From NCBI GenBank assembly GCA_963782055.1, contig CAWAIF010000002.1, positions 384,001-448,000 of the forward strand: a DNA stretch of 64,000 nucleotides. Direction: 5' to 3'. How positions within the stretch are numbered: the first letter of the stretch is position 1; the number at the start of each line of letters is the position of its first letter. Origin of the DNA: an uncultured delta proteobacterium (GTDB lineage Bacteria > Myxococcota_A > Polyangia > Polyangiales > Polyangiaceae). Positions 41,434 through 51,136 of the stretch are shown here, piece after piece. A program made the translations under genes and the position numbers. The notes below the pieces were generated by a model. The model saw only the letters and a program-made list of their open reading frames with translations, ran no database searches and was not told the DNA's origin.

Positions 41434-41515
41434 TGGGGAGGGCGCCTCCGCCCGCAGGCCCCCATCAGGGGAGGGGCCGTCGCCCGCGCCGCACCTTTGG
41501 TCTACAGTTCGCCGC

Positions 41516-42721
41516 ATGTTCGACGCCGCGCAGAAGGTCTATGACGCCACCCTCAACGAGATCCGCGAGGCGGGTCTCTTCAAGGAGGAGCGCATCATCC
41601 TCTCGCCGCAGGGCGCGTCCATCCGCTCCAGCCCCCGCGAGGGCGCCCCGGCGAAGGAGGTCCTCAACTTCTGCGCCAACAACTACCTCGGCCTGTCCTC
41701 GCACCCCGAGGTCATCGCGGCGGCGAAGCACGCCATCGACACCCACGGCTTCGGCCTCTCCAGCGTGCGCTTCATCTGCGGCACGCAGGACATCCACAAG
41801 GAGCTGGAGCACACCATCTCCCGCTTCTTCGCGACCGACGACACCATCCTCTACACGTCCTGCTTCGACGCCAACGGCGGCCTCTTCGAGACCCTGCTCG
41901 GCGAGGAGGACGCCATCATCTCCGACGCCCTCAACCACGCCTCCATCATCGACGGCGTCCGCCTGTGCAAGGCGGAGCGCCACCGCTACGCCAACGGCGA
42001 CATGAACGAGCTGGAGGAGGCCCTCAAGAAGACACAGGGCAAGCGCCTGCGCATGGTGGCGACGGACGGCGTCTTCTCCATGGACGGCTACCTCGCCAAG
42101 CTGGACCAGATCTGCGACCTCGCGGAGAAGCACGGCGCGATGGTGATGGTCGACGACTCCCACGCCACCGGCTTCATCGGCAAGACGGGCCGCGGCACGC
42201 CGGAGCACTGCGGCGTGATGAAGCGCATCGACGTGATGACCGGCACGCTGGGAAAAGCGCTCGGCGGCGGCTCCGGCGGCTACACCACCGGCCGCAAGGC
42301 CGCGATCGGCATGCTCCGCCAGCGCTCGCGCCCCTACCTCTTCTCCAACACCGTGGCGCCCGCCATCGTCGGCGCGAGCCTCAAGGTCTTCGAGCTGCTG
42401 GGCAAGACGACGGAGCTGCGCGATCGCTCCGAGGCCAACACGAAGCGATTCCGCGAGGGCATCACGAAGGCGGGCCTCTCCATCAAGGAGGGCATCCACC
42501 CCATCGTCCCGATCATGCTGGGGGACGCCAAGCTCGCGCAGCAGTTCGCGGCCGACATGCTCGAGGAGGGCATCTTCGTCATCGGCTTCTTCTACCCGGT
42601 CGTGCCGAAGGGGCAGGCGCGCATCCGCGTGCAGATCAGCGCGGCGCACACGCCGGAGCAGATCGACAGGGCGGTGGCCGCCTTCGCCAAGGTGGCGCGC
42701 AAGCTCGGCGTCGTGAAGTAG
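41516..42721 (+). CDS. kbl: Glycine C-acetyltransferase
   Basis: [38 protein letters not shown]. Confidence 0.95.
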   Translation: MFDAAQKVYDATLNEIREAGLFKEERIILSPQGASIRSSPREGAPAKEVLNFCANNYLGLSSHPEVIAAAKHAIDTHGFGLSSVRFICGTQDIHKELEHTISRFFATDDTILYTSCFDANGGLFETLLGEEDAIISDALNHASIIDGVRLCKAERHRYANGDMNELEEALKKTQGKRLRMVATDGVFSMDGYLAKLDQICDLAEKHGAMVMVDDSHATGFIGKTGRGTPEHCGVMKRIDVMTGTLGKALGGGSGGYTTGRKAAIGMLRQRSRPYLFSNTVAPAIVGASLKVFELLGKTTELRDRSEANTKRFREGITKAGLSIKEGIHPIVPIMLGDAKLAQQFAADMLEEGIFVIGFFYPVVPKGQARIRVQISAAHTPEQIDRAVAAFAKVARKLGVVK

Positions 42722-43395
42722 TGGACTTCCGCGTCCCGGTGGGCGCCGGCGCGGTGCCCGCGCGCTTCTACGCGGCGAAGGACGCCGCCGCGGTCCTGGT
42801 GCTCGCGCACGGCGCGGGCGCCGGCCAGTCGCACCCGTGGATGCTCCGGTACGCGGCGGGCCTGGCGGCGCGTGGCATCCACGTCGTCACCTTCGACTTC
42901 CCCTACATGGCGGCGGGCAAGAAGCTCCCGGATCGCAAGGACGTGCTGGAGGACTGCTATCGGGCGGTGGTGGGGCGCGTCGCGTCGATGAAGCGCGCGG
43001 GCGGCAAGCCTCTCTGCGTCGGCGGCAAGTCCATGGGCGGGCGCATCGCCTCCCAGGTGGTCGCGGGCGGACTGTCGGTGGCCGGCCTCCTCTTCTTCGG
43101 CTACCCCCTCCACCCCCCGGGCAAGCCGGAGCAGCGACGCGACGCGCACCTGCCGTCCATCCGCGCGCCGATGCTCTTCGTCCAGGGCGAGCGCGATGCG
43201 TTCGGCACGCCGCCCGAGCTGCGCGCGGTGCTGGCGAAGCTGGGGAAACGCGCGCGCCTCTTCGTGGTGGCCGCGGGCGACCACTCGCTCAGCGTGCCCA
43301 AGCGGGGTGGGCGGTTGCAGGCGGAGGTGGACGCGGAGGTCTGGGACGAGGCCGCCCGCTTCGTCCGTGGCCGGAGCGGATCGCCAGCAAGCTAG
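42721..43395 (+). CDS. Alpha/beta hydrolase family protein
   Basis: HGAGA, GGKSMGGR, GYPLHPPGK, QGERD, GDH. Confidence 0.85.
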   Translation: MDFRVPVGAGAVPARFYAAKDAAAVLVLAHGAGAGQSHPWMLRYAAGLAARGIHVVTFDFPYMAAGKKLPDRKDVLEDCYRAVVGRVASMKRAGGKPLCVGGKSMGGRIASQVVAGGLSVAGLLFFGYPLHPPGKPEQRRDAHLPSIRAPMLFVQGERDAFGTPPELRAVLAKLGKRARLFVVAAGDHSLSVPKRGGRLQAEVDAEVWDEAARFVRGRSGSPAS

Positions 43396-43431
43396 CGGTC
43401 TGGCCGACCCCGCCTCACAGCGCCCGCCCGC

Positions 43432-43683
43432 TCAGGCGCCCTTGAAGCGCACCTCGATCTCCGCCTCCGCCTCCGGCGACGCGCCGCGCGAGACCGGGAT
43501 CGCTTCGAACCCCGGCTCGGAGCGCAGCGCCTGGAAGACGGCGCTCAGCATCCGGGGACGCACCCGCTCCTCCCACGCCCGAAGCCACGCGTAGCCGTCG
43601 TCGTCGCCCTCGTAGTCCTCGTCGAACTCGGCGGCGAGCTCGACGCGCACGACGAAGCGCGCCTCTTCGCGGTGAACCTTCAT
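43432..43683 (-). CDS. Hypothetical protein
   Basis: 83-aa ORF (FDEDYEGDDDGYAW), GC3 bias. Confidence 0.65.
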   Translation of the reverse strand: MKVHREEARFVVRVELAAEFDEDYEGDDDGYAWLRAWEERVRPRMLSAVFQALRSEPGFEAIPVSRGASPEAEAEIEVRFKGA

Positions 43684-43705
43684 GGCGCTGTGGTAACACG
43701 AGCGC

Positions 43706-44657
43706 ATGGGAACGCTCGGCGTGCGGCGCGCCCGCGCCGCCACCGTGGTCGAGATGGCGCGCGCCTCCCGGGATGCGCTGTCGCGGCCGCTCCTCCACGA
43801 CGCCGAGCTCCACGTCGGACGCGGGGCGGAGGACGGCGTGCTGGTGGGAGCCTTCCAGCGCGCCTGCGACGCCCGCGCGCTGTCGCCGCTCGCCCGTCGC
43901 GCGACGGGCGGGGCCGCCGTCCGTGTGGGCCCCGGCTCGCTGCACGTGGTCCTCGCCCTGCCGAGCCCCTCCGCCCTCACCCCCTGCCGCGAGGACCAGA
44001 ATCCTCAACCGCTACGTGCGACCTCTGCTCCGCGCGCTGACGAAGGCCGGCGCGCCGGCGCACTACTTCGGGCGCGACTGGATCTCGGTGGCGCACCGCC
44101 CGGTGGGGTGGGTGGGATTCGGTCATCTGAGGGCGAGCGCGCGCACCGTCGTGGAGGCCATCATCGCGCTCGACACGCCTTTTGACGTCTACGCGCGCGC
44201 CTCGTTCGACGGCAAGACCCCCGCCACGCTCGCCGAGCTCGGGTTGCGGCGTGACGGCCACGAGGAGGACGTGGTGCGTGCCTACGCTGCCGCGTTCGAT
44301 CTGGAGCCTCGCTCCATGTCCGGTGAAGCGATGGCGTCGTCCGACGCCGCCGAGGCGGCGCCCGCCCTCGATCCCCCCTGGGCCGCCTGCGTCGACGAGG
44401 CGATCGGGCCCATCTGCGCGGGGCGCGACGTCACGGGCCGACTCCGGGTGGGAGGAGAGCTCCAGGCCTCGACGGAGGCCCTGCGCGACCTGGAGGAGCG
44501 CCTGTCCGCGGCCGCCCGCCTGACCCCGGACGTCGTGGGTGAGGCCGTGGACGCCGCCTTCGGCGCGCCGCACACGGCCCTGCTCGGCGTTCGCTCCCTG
44601 GCCTCCGTCCGCGACGCGATTCTCGCCGCGCTGCGGCATGGCGATCGCGCCCCCTGA
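43706..44657 (+). CDS. Lipoate-protein ligase-like protein; one-base frameshift near 44000
   Basis: VGAFQ and RRATGGAAV in the first frame; ILNRYVRP..YFGRDW in the second. Confidence 0.65.
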
Positions 44658-44704
44658 CCTCAGACTCTCACCGTAGACTACGTTCCGCGGACCAGGAGGA
44701 CAGC

Positions 44705-45730
44705 GTGCGACGCAAACCGGTGGTGCTGATCACGGGCGCGAACGGCGAGATGGGGCACGGACTCATCCACGCGTTGGCGGACCATCCCGACTACGACGTG
44801 CTCGCCCTCGACATCAAGGACCTGGAGCCCGAGCTCGCCAAGCGCTGCGTGGCGACCATCGCGGGCGACATCCTGGACCGCCACCTGCTCCAGCGGCTGG
44901 TGAGCGAGTTCGAGATCCACGCCATCTTCCACCTCGCCGCCCTGCTCTCGACGCGCAGCGAGTTCTCCCCGGAGACGGCCCACGAGGTGAACGTCACCGG
45001 CACGCTCAACCTGCTCGGTCTGGCCATCGAGCAGTCGCGCTGGCACGGGCAGAAGGTCAAGTTCCTCTTCCCGAGCTCCATCGCCGCGTACGGCGTTCCC
45101 ACCCTCGCCCGCAAGCGGGAGATTGGTCGAGTCGCGGAGGACCAGTGCCTCCAGCCAACGACCATGTACGGCTGCAACAAGCTGTACTGCGAGCACCTCG
45201 GCCGCTACTTCACGCGCCACTACCGGCAGCTCGCGAAGGAACCCGAGACCAAGGGCGTGGACTTCCGCGCCATCCGCTTCCCCGGGCTCATCAGCGCCTT
45301 CACAGTGCCAAGCGGCGGAACGAGCGACTACCTGCCCGAGATGCTGCACGCCGCCGCGCAAGGACAGCCCTACGAGTGCTTCGTCCGGGAAGACACGCGC
45401 ATCCCCTTCATGGCGATGCCCGACGGTATCAACGCCCTCCTCGGCTTGCTCCACGCCCCCGCCGAGAAGCTCTCCGGCTGCGTGTACAACATCGCGGCGT
45501 ACGCGCCGAGCGCCGGCGAGTTCGCTGACCTGGTGCGCCGGGCGTTCCCGGGCGCCGACATCCGCTTCGTCCCCGACGTGCGCCGCCAGGGGATCGTGGA
45601 TTCGTGGCCGGAGGACGTCGACGACCGCTGCGCGCGCCGCGAGTGGGGCTTCTCGCCGAAGTACGACATGACCCGGAGCTTCGACGAGTACCTGCTCCCG
45701 AACATCAAGGCACGCTACAGCTCCATTTGA
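44705..45730 (+). CDS. SDR-type L-threonine 3-dehydrogenase-like protein
   Basis: TGANGEMG, HLAALLS, PTTMYGCNK, GGTSDY, IVDSWP; lies near kbl. Confidence 0.85.
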   Translation: MRRKPVVLITGANGEMGHGLIHALADHPDYDVLALDIKDLEPELAKRCVATIAGDILDRHLLQRLVSEFEIHAIFHLAALLSTRSEFSPETAHEVNVTGTLNLLGLAIEQSRWHGQKVKFLFPSSIAAYGVPTLARKREIGRVAEDQCLQPTTMYGCNKLYCEHLGRYFTRHYRQLAKEPETKGVDFRAIRFPGLISAFTVPSGGTSDYLPEMLHAAAQGQPYECFVREDTRIPFMAMPDGINALLGLLHAPAEKLSGCVYNIAAYAPSAGEFADLVRRAFPGADIRFVPDVRRQGIVDSWPEDVDDRCARREWGFSPKYDMTRSFDEYLLPNIKARYSSI

Positions 45731-45900
45731 GGGGCGCACTCCCAGCCACCCACGCCCAGCAAGCGTCAGCCCCGCCTGTCCCCGGACACCCTTTTTCTGT
45801 CCGGGGACACCCGTGGATCGTTCGCCGGCAAACGAGCGCCCTGTTTTCCCGGGAGCGCGTGGGAGGGGGGGGTGGCATGAGGCGTGCTGAGGAAGGGGGG

Positions 45901-46512
45901 ATGACACCGCTCTTGTTCGGGACCAAGCGCGCGTACTACGCGACGCTGCGTGTGACGCGCCGGCTTCTCGCTCGCTTCGGGCTCACGCCGGCGCGCTTCG
46001 ACCTGCTGTACGCCCTGTTTCGCGTGCCGCACCACTTCTGTTACCAGAGCGATCTGCGCAAGGCGCTGGGGGTGGCGCGGTCGACCATCAGCAAGATGGT
46101 GACGTCACTCCAGGGCATCGGCCTGGTGGAGCGGCTGCCGCCGCTCGAGGACATGCGGCAGGTGGACGTGCAGCTCACGCCGGAGGGGCGCCGCCGCGTC
46201 TCGCGAGCGTTTCGCAGCCTCGTGCGCACGGGGCTCATCAATCTGACGACGGACTCGGCGCTCACGCCGGACCCGCACCACTGGCCCCACCCGAAGGCGT
46301 GCGGCCGCGCCCGACGGTGGCTGTCGCGGCTGCACAGCCGGCTGCGCAACACCTTCGGCGACTTCGCGACCCTGCACGCCGCGGAGGGCGATCCGTACGA
46401 GTCGGGGTGGACCTGGCTCGACCTGGTGGACCGGGTCGCGGCGAACAGGCGCATCGAGCGGCGCCGGGCGTCCGGCGACCCGTTCGAGTGGCCCGCACCG
46501 ATGATCGAGTGA
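45901..46512 (+). CDS. MarR-like winged-helix protein, copy 2
   Basis: Differs from copy 1 at two visible residues (F>L near the start, D>N). Confidence 0.8.
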   Translation: MTPLLFGTKRAYYATLRVTRRLLARFGLTPARFDLLYALFRVPHHFCYQSDLRKALGVARSTISKMVTSLQGIGLVERLPPLEDMRQVDVQLTPEGRRRVSRAFRSLVRTGLINLTTDSALTPDPHHWPHPKACGRARRWLSRLHSRLRNTFGDFATLHAAEGDPYESGWTWLDLVDRVAANRRIERRRASGDPFEWPAPMIE

Positions 46513-46612
46513 GGGCGTTCCCCTCGGTGGCGCTCGCCGCAACGCTTCGCGCCGCCGGCGTCATCGCGCCCGCCCGCGCCCACACCGGCGCCACCGCGCC
46601 ACGCGCCGGCCG

Positions 46613-47182
46613 CTACTCGCGCGCCGCCGCGCCGAACGCCATGTTCATGATGACGGCCTTGCCCGGGCACTTCGAGCCGTCGAAGTGCGCGTCGGTCGCC
46701 ACCTTCTTCATGCACGCCACCGCCTCGGCGCTCAGGTCCTTCGGGTCCTTCGGGTTCGCGACCTCGATCTTCTTGACGTGCCCCTTCACGTCGATGCGCA
46801 GCGTGACGCGCACATGGCCGGTCATGTCCGGCTTCTTCGCGCGCGCCTTGAAGAAACAGCGCTTCACCTTGGGCCGCAGCGCCTGCTCGAAGGGCACCGC
46901 GGGCGCGCCGCACGTGTCGGCCTCCTCGGGCGGCGCGCTCGCCATCGCGCTCGCGCTCGGCGCCGCCGACGCGCTCGGTGCCGCCGACGCACTCGGTGCC
47001 CCCGCGGCACCCGCGGTCGCGCTCGCCGCCTCGCCCGGCGCCGATGCGCTCGGCGCGACCGTTGCGCTCGCGCTCGCCGTGCTCGTTGGCTCCGGCATGG
47101 CGTGCGTCTCCGCCTGACCACCACCGCACGCGCACGCCCACACACACGCCGCCACCAGCACCCCGATGCGTCCCTTTTGCAT
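46613..47182 (-). CDS. Lipoprotein with AgmX/PglI (TonB-C-like) C-terminal domain
   Basis: Ala/Ser/Pro linker; VKRCF..GHVRVTLRID..VACM. Confidence 0.7.
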   Translation of the reverse strand: MQKGRIGVLVAACVWACACGGGQAETHAMPEPTSTASASATVAPSASAPGEAASATAGAAGAPSASAAPSASAAPSASAMASAPPEEADTCGAPAVPFEQALRPKVKRCFFKARAKKPDMTGHVRVTLRIDVKGHVKKIEVANPKDPKDLSAEAVACMKKVATDAHFDGSKCPGKAVIMNMAFGAAARE

Positions 47183-47214
47183 GCGCGCATCTTACTCGCG
47201 CCACGCGCTCCCTC

Positions 47215-47430
47215 CAATCAAACGCAATTGTTTGAAGAGATTTCAATCAATCATTTGACACATCAAACATCGAGCTTTCACCCCTGTCCGCACTGCGCCC
47301 CGGAAATCAGCCTCGACCGAGAATGTGTGGATAACTTGAGGAGAACGCTGTGGGCTTCGGTGTGGACAAAAAAAGTGATTGAGCCGCCACTTTTTTTGTT
47401 GAACCCGGTCACCGTTCTGGTGCACATATG
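47215..47430 (+). promoter_or_regulatory. AT-rich regulatory region with DnaA boxes and a 12-bp inverted repeat
   Basis: TGTGGATAA 47326-47334; TGTGGACAA 47361-47369; ACAAAAAAAGTG-N10-CACTTTTTTTGT 47366-47399. Confidence 0.7.
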
Positions 47431-47459
47431 CCCTCGCAGTTCGCGGTACGTCAGTTCCG

Positions 47460-49620
47460 CGAGCCAACAATCGTAGAAGCCGTAAGGGGCGCTGCGGTCG
47501 GGGGCCGTCCGGGGTCTTCGGACCTCGGGGGGTCGGCCGACCGGGCCCGCAGGCGACGCTTGGACGTCAAATCCAGGCGCACGCGGCGGGTTCGAAAAGG
47601 CGCGGACACTTCGCTCGGCAAGGCCCGTACAAGGCGGCGTCGTTCGAAGGTCCTGCCGGACGTTTCCAGGGAGCAATCCCTTCTGGCGTCCGGTTCTCAC
47701 GGTGGAAGGCACCTCGGTCTCCGGAATGGCATCACCCTTCGCGGGGTGGCGTCGGAACGGAGGCCTCGGCCGGCGATGCATTCGCGGACGGGCTCCAACC
47801 CGGCTCGCGGTCACCGTCGGTGACAGGAGGGGCCTGTCCTCGCACCAAGGAGGGACCCGCCCGGCGAAAGCCGCGCGGGGCAGGAGCTCCGAGGGCACCA
47901 CGCCCTCGTCTCTTTCGCCTTCGCTCGAGCGAGGACGACCCGCGCGACTCTCATGTCATCGCGTCAGCCCGACAAAAGGCCGGCGCGGTGGGCTCTGGTG
48001 AATTCGGACCGGAGGGGTCCGGGCGCAAGCCCGGGCGTCGGAGAGATCGCGTGGCTCGCTGCAGCGTCGTGGCACGGGTGGCTTCGAAAGAGGCTGCTCG
48101 TGGCAGGTGCGCAAGCACCAGACACACGCGCGGCAAACGCTGGCGGGGCAATCCCCCGCGGCGGGCGAGGATCGCGCTCGGACGGAACGTGTCCGTGCGT
48201 CGTAAAGAAAAGTCGTTGCAGAAGTCGAGAGGCCGCGCAGGTCCAAAGAAGCGCCACCCACGCAAGCGGGGGCGTGAACGGGGGCCTGGCCATGGGAACC
48301 GCTCTTGCCCAAAGCAGAGCGCCATCCCCACGGTGAAGAGGCGCGGTGGCGGCGGGATCCTGGCGGCAAAACCAGGCCCGGCGCAGGCTCGTTCGTCCGG
48401 CGCAAGCCAGGCGGGCGCGGTTCGGGGCCTACGGTCTCCGAGCAGCAGGAAGAAGCTCCTTTCGACGGAAGGCGTCTCGGGTCGAGGAAGCGGCGTTGCC
48501 TTCACGGGCGCGTCGAACAGCCGGCCTCGGCGTCTTCGAATCGCCGTTCGGCACCGCGGAGCAATCCGCGACCGGGCGCGAGGAGAGGGCGCGACAGGGA
48601 CGTCAGAGGCTCGGTCGATCGCGCAGGCGGTGGGAACAACACGCCCCCCGGAATGCACGGCGGCCCGCCGAAGCGAGCCACGCGTCGTGAAGCGCAGGGC
48701 TCCTTGATCACGCACCCGACGGGGCAACCTCCACGGTGCGTGGCGCACGCAGGGCCGAGAAACCCCTGCGGACGCGAGGCGCGACCTCATCAGGAACGGA
48801 CGAGGCACGGGTGCTCGCAGTGAAGTTGTCGATGGCAGACGCTGGTCGTACGCATCGCGCGTGCGCGCACGGGATGTCGCAAGGCACCCCGCGGGCGTGC
48901 GCTAGCCCTCAGCCTCCGAGGTCACCGCCCTGAACGCGGTCCCCGGCCAAAGCGGAGTGCGAAACGGTGTGCGAGTACCGCGGGGATTTCATTCCGAAAC
49001 CCCAGGTGCTCGATCCGCGGGCTCGAATCCCACGGAACATTCGACACGGCGGAAGGCGCTCTGGGTCGTGGCTACATCACCCTCTCAACGGGGTGGCGAA
49101 AGCGCGGCTCTGGCTCCGCAGGTGGAAGCACGTGTCGTCGTCGCAAGACGAAGGCGCGCGCGGTCGGGCGCTCGGCGCGAGTCGAGTGTGCGGCGAGCTC
49201 GGTGAGGAATGGATCCCCATCGGGTGCCTGTGGGCGACACGGAGCGTCAGAGGTCGGTCTCTCGTCGGTCAAGGCTCCTCCAGCCGTAACAAGGCGCGGG
49301 GGGTCCGCACGCAGCACGCCGAAAGGCGACAAGCTCGCGTGCACCGGCGGCGAATCGTACCGAAGCAGGTGGTCGGTAATACCGCCACCATCCTCTCCAG
49401 GCCCTGCCGGCGCGAACCGCGCGGGGCCCGTGACGAAGGCATCGGCACCACTGGATGACGCGCGGAGCGGCGCTCGATCCTCGAAAGCGGAGATCGAGAC
49501 GCGCTCTGCGGGTGGATCGTGAGAGGCACGAAGACTGTCTCCGGGGCCAAGCGGCCCGCCACGATCAAGCGACTCCACGAAGGGCGGCCTGGGTGACCAG
49601 GTCGCCCTCGTGCTTTTTTG
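47460..49620 (+). ncRNA. Candidate very large structured non-coding RNA (~2.15 kb), family unknown; 5' end approximate
   Basis: No credible ORF; many GNRA/UUCG-capped stems with G-U pairs on + strand; terminator at the 3' end. Confidence 0.7.
49576..49619 (+). terminator. Intrinsic terminator
   Basis: CACGAAGGGCGGCCTGG-GTGA-CCAGGTCGCCCTCGTG followed by CTTTTTT. Confidence 0.88.
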
Positions 49621-49694
49621 TCGCGCAAGCCTTGCGATCGTTCGCCGGCTTGCGAGCGGGGCACGGGGCGGCAGAAGGCGCTACCCTTCTCCCC

Positions 49695-51035
49695 GTGGAC
49701 AAGGCCCTCCTCTCCCGGCTCTACGACAAGCACGTCGCCACCCTCACCGAGGCCTATGCCAAGGCCCTCGCGAGCGCGGGCTTCGACGCCGCCGTGCTGC
49801 ACTCCGGCTCCCTCGTCCGCAAGACGCGCTTCGACGATCAGGACTGGCCGCTCCGGGTGGTCCCTCACTTCGCGCACTGGCTCCCCCTCGCCGAGCCGGA
49901 CTGCGCGCTCGTCGTCGCCCAGTCGGGCCCGCCGAGGCTCATCCACCCGCACACCACCTCCTTCTGGGAGGCCCCGCCCGCCCCCGAGTCGGACCATTTC
50001 TGGCCGTCCTTCCAGCTCGTGCGGCCCGCCTCGGTGGAGGCGGTGCGGTCCGAGCTGCCCAGCGGTCGGGTGGCGTTCGTCGGGGACGATGAGCGGCGGG
50101 CGGCGGGGTGGGACTTCGCCCCCGAGGCCGTCAATCCGCCTGCCCTCATCGTGGCCTTCGACGCCATCCGCACCCGCAAGACCGCCTACGAGGTGGAGTG
50201 CATCGCCGAAGCCAACCGCCGGGCCTCGCGCGGCCACGATGCGCTGCGCGAGGCGTTCGCCAGCGGCGAGACCGCCGAGCTCGCCCTGCACCTGCTCTTT
50301 TTGAAGGCCACCGCGCAGGACGATCCGGAGACGCCCTACAAGAACATCGTCGCGGGCGGCCGCCACGCCGCCACCCTGCACCACGTGAGCTACCGCAAGG
50401 ACGCCTCCGGCGCGCCCAGCCTGCTCGTCGACGCGGGCGCCGTCTGCCTTGGCTACTGCTCCGACATCACGCGCACCTGGGTCAAGGGCGACGGGGCGGG
50501 CGCCAGCGCCTTCGCCTCCCTCGTGGCGGCGGTGGAGGCGATGCAGAAGCGGCTGGTGGAGCGCATCGCCATCGGCCTGCTGTACGAGGAGCTGCATGAC
50601 GAGTCGCACCGGCAGGTGTCCGCCATCCTCCACGAGCTGGGAGTGGCCCGCATGTCCCCCGAGGCCATCGACCACGAGGGCATCAGCCGCGCCTTCTATC
50701 CTCACGGTCTGGGTCATTCGCTTGGCCTCCAGACGCACGACGTCGGCTGCGCCACCACCAGACCGCGCGCGGACAACCCCTTCCTGCGCAACACCGCCCG
50801 GATCGAGACCGGGCAGGTCTTCACCATGGAGCCGGGCGTCTACTTCATCGAGGAGCTGCTCGCCCGCCTGAAGGCCGGGCCGCACGCGGGGGACATCGAC
50901 TGGGACGTGGTGGGGGCGCTCGCGCCGTTCGGCGGGGTGCGGGTGGAGGACGACATCCTGGTGCGCGCCGAGGGCGAGCCGGTGCGGAATTTCACCCGGG
51001 AGGTGCTGCCGTGGGGCGGAGGCCTGGTCCGGTAG
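49695..51035 (+). CDS. pepQ: Xaa-Pro dipeptidase
   Basis: PHFAHWLP, DAGA..SDITRT, PHGLGHSLGLQTHDVG, TMEPG, GGVRVEDD. Confidence 0.9.
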   Translation: MDKALLSRLYDKHVATLTEAYAKALASAGFDAAVLHSGSLVRKTRFDDQDWPLRVVPHFAHWLPLAEPDCALVVAQSGPPRLIHPHTTSFWEAPPAPESDHFWPSFQLVRPASVEAVRSELPSGRVAFVGDDERRAAGWDFAPEAVNPPALIVAFDAIRTRKTAYEVECIAEANRRASRGHDALREAFASGETAELALHLLFLKATAQDDPETPYKNIVAGGRHAATLHHVSYRKDASGAPSLLVDAGAVCLGYCSDITRTWVKGDGAGASAFASLVAAVEAMQKRLVERIAIGLLYEELHDESHRQVSAILHELGVARMSPEAIDHEGISRAFYPHGLGHSLGLQTHDVGCATTRPRADNPFLRNTARIETGQVFTMEPGVYFIEELLARLKAGPHAGDIDWDVVGALAPFGGVRVEDDILVRAEGEPVRNFTREVLPWGGGLVR

Positions 51036-51136
51036 CCCCTCCCGTCGGCCGCCCCTCGCCCGATCGTTAGCCAGCCAACCCTTCCCGCCCACCGTGGGCG
51101 TTGACGGGGCGGGGGTGCCGGGCAACCCTTCGGTCG

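Noticed and set aside
37681..46513. Composite transposon
   Set aside because: Flanking repeats encode a MarR-like protein rather than a transposase, and the enclosed genes are core genes.
47215..47430. Chromosomal oriC
   Set aside because: Only two good DnaA boxes and no dnaA/dnaN/gidA context; not supportable from this window.
47418..47431. Sigma54 promoter for the candidate RNA (TGGTGCACATATGC)
   Set aside because: GG-to-GC spacing is 9 rather than the required 10; the promoter remains unidentified.
47243..49578. ORFs called in the long non-coding region (e.g. 47820..48707, 47951..48808)
   Set aside because: Arg/Gly/Ser-rich translations without motifs, RBS or the GC3 bias of real genes here.
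47460..49620. rRNA, RNase P RNA, tmRNA or group I/II intron identity
   Set aside because: No GAGGAAAGTCC, no tmRNA ends, no group II domain V, no host gene or intron ORF. CGTAACAAGG at about 49285 matches the 16S 3' motif but is isolated, with no other rRNA motif found.
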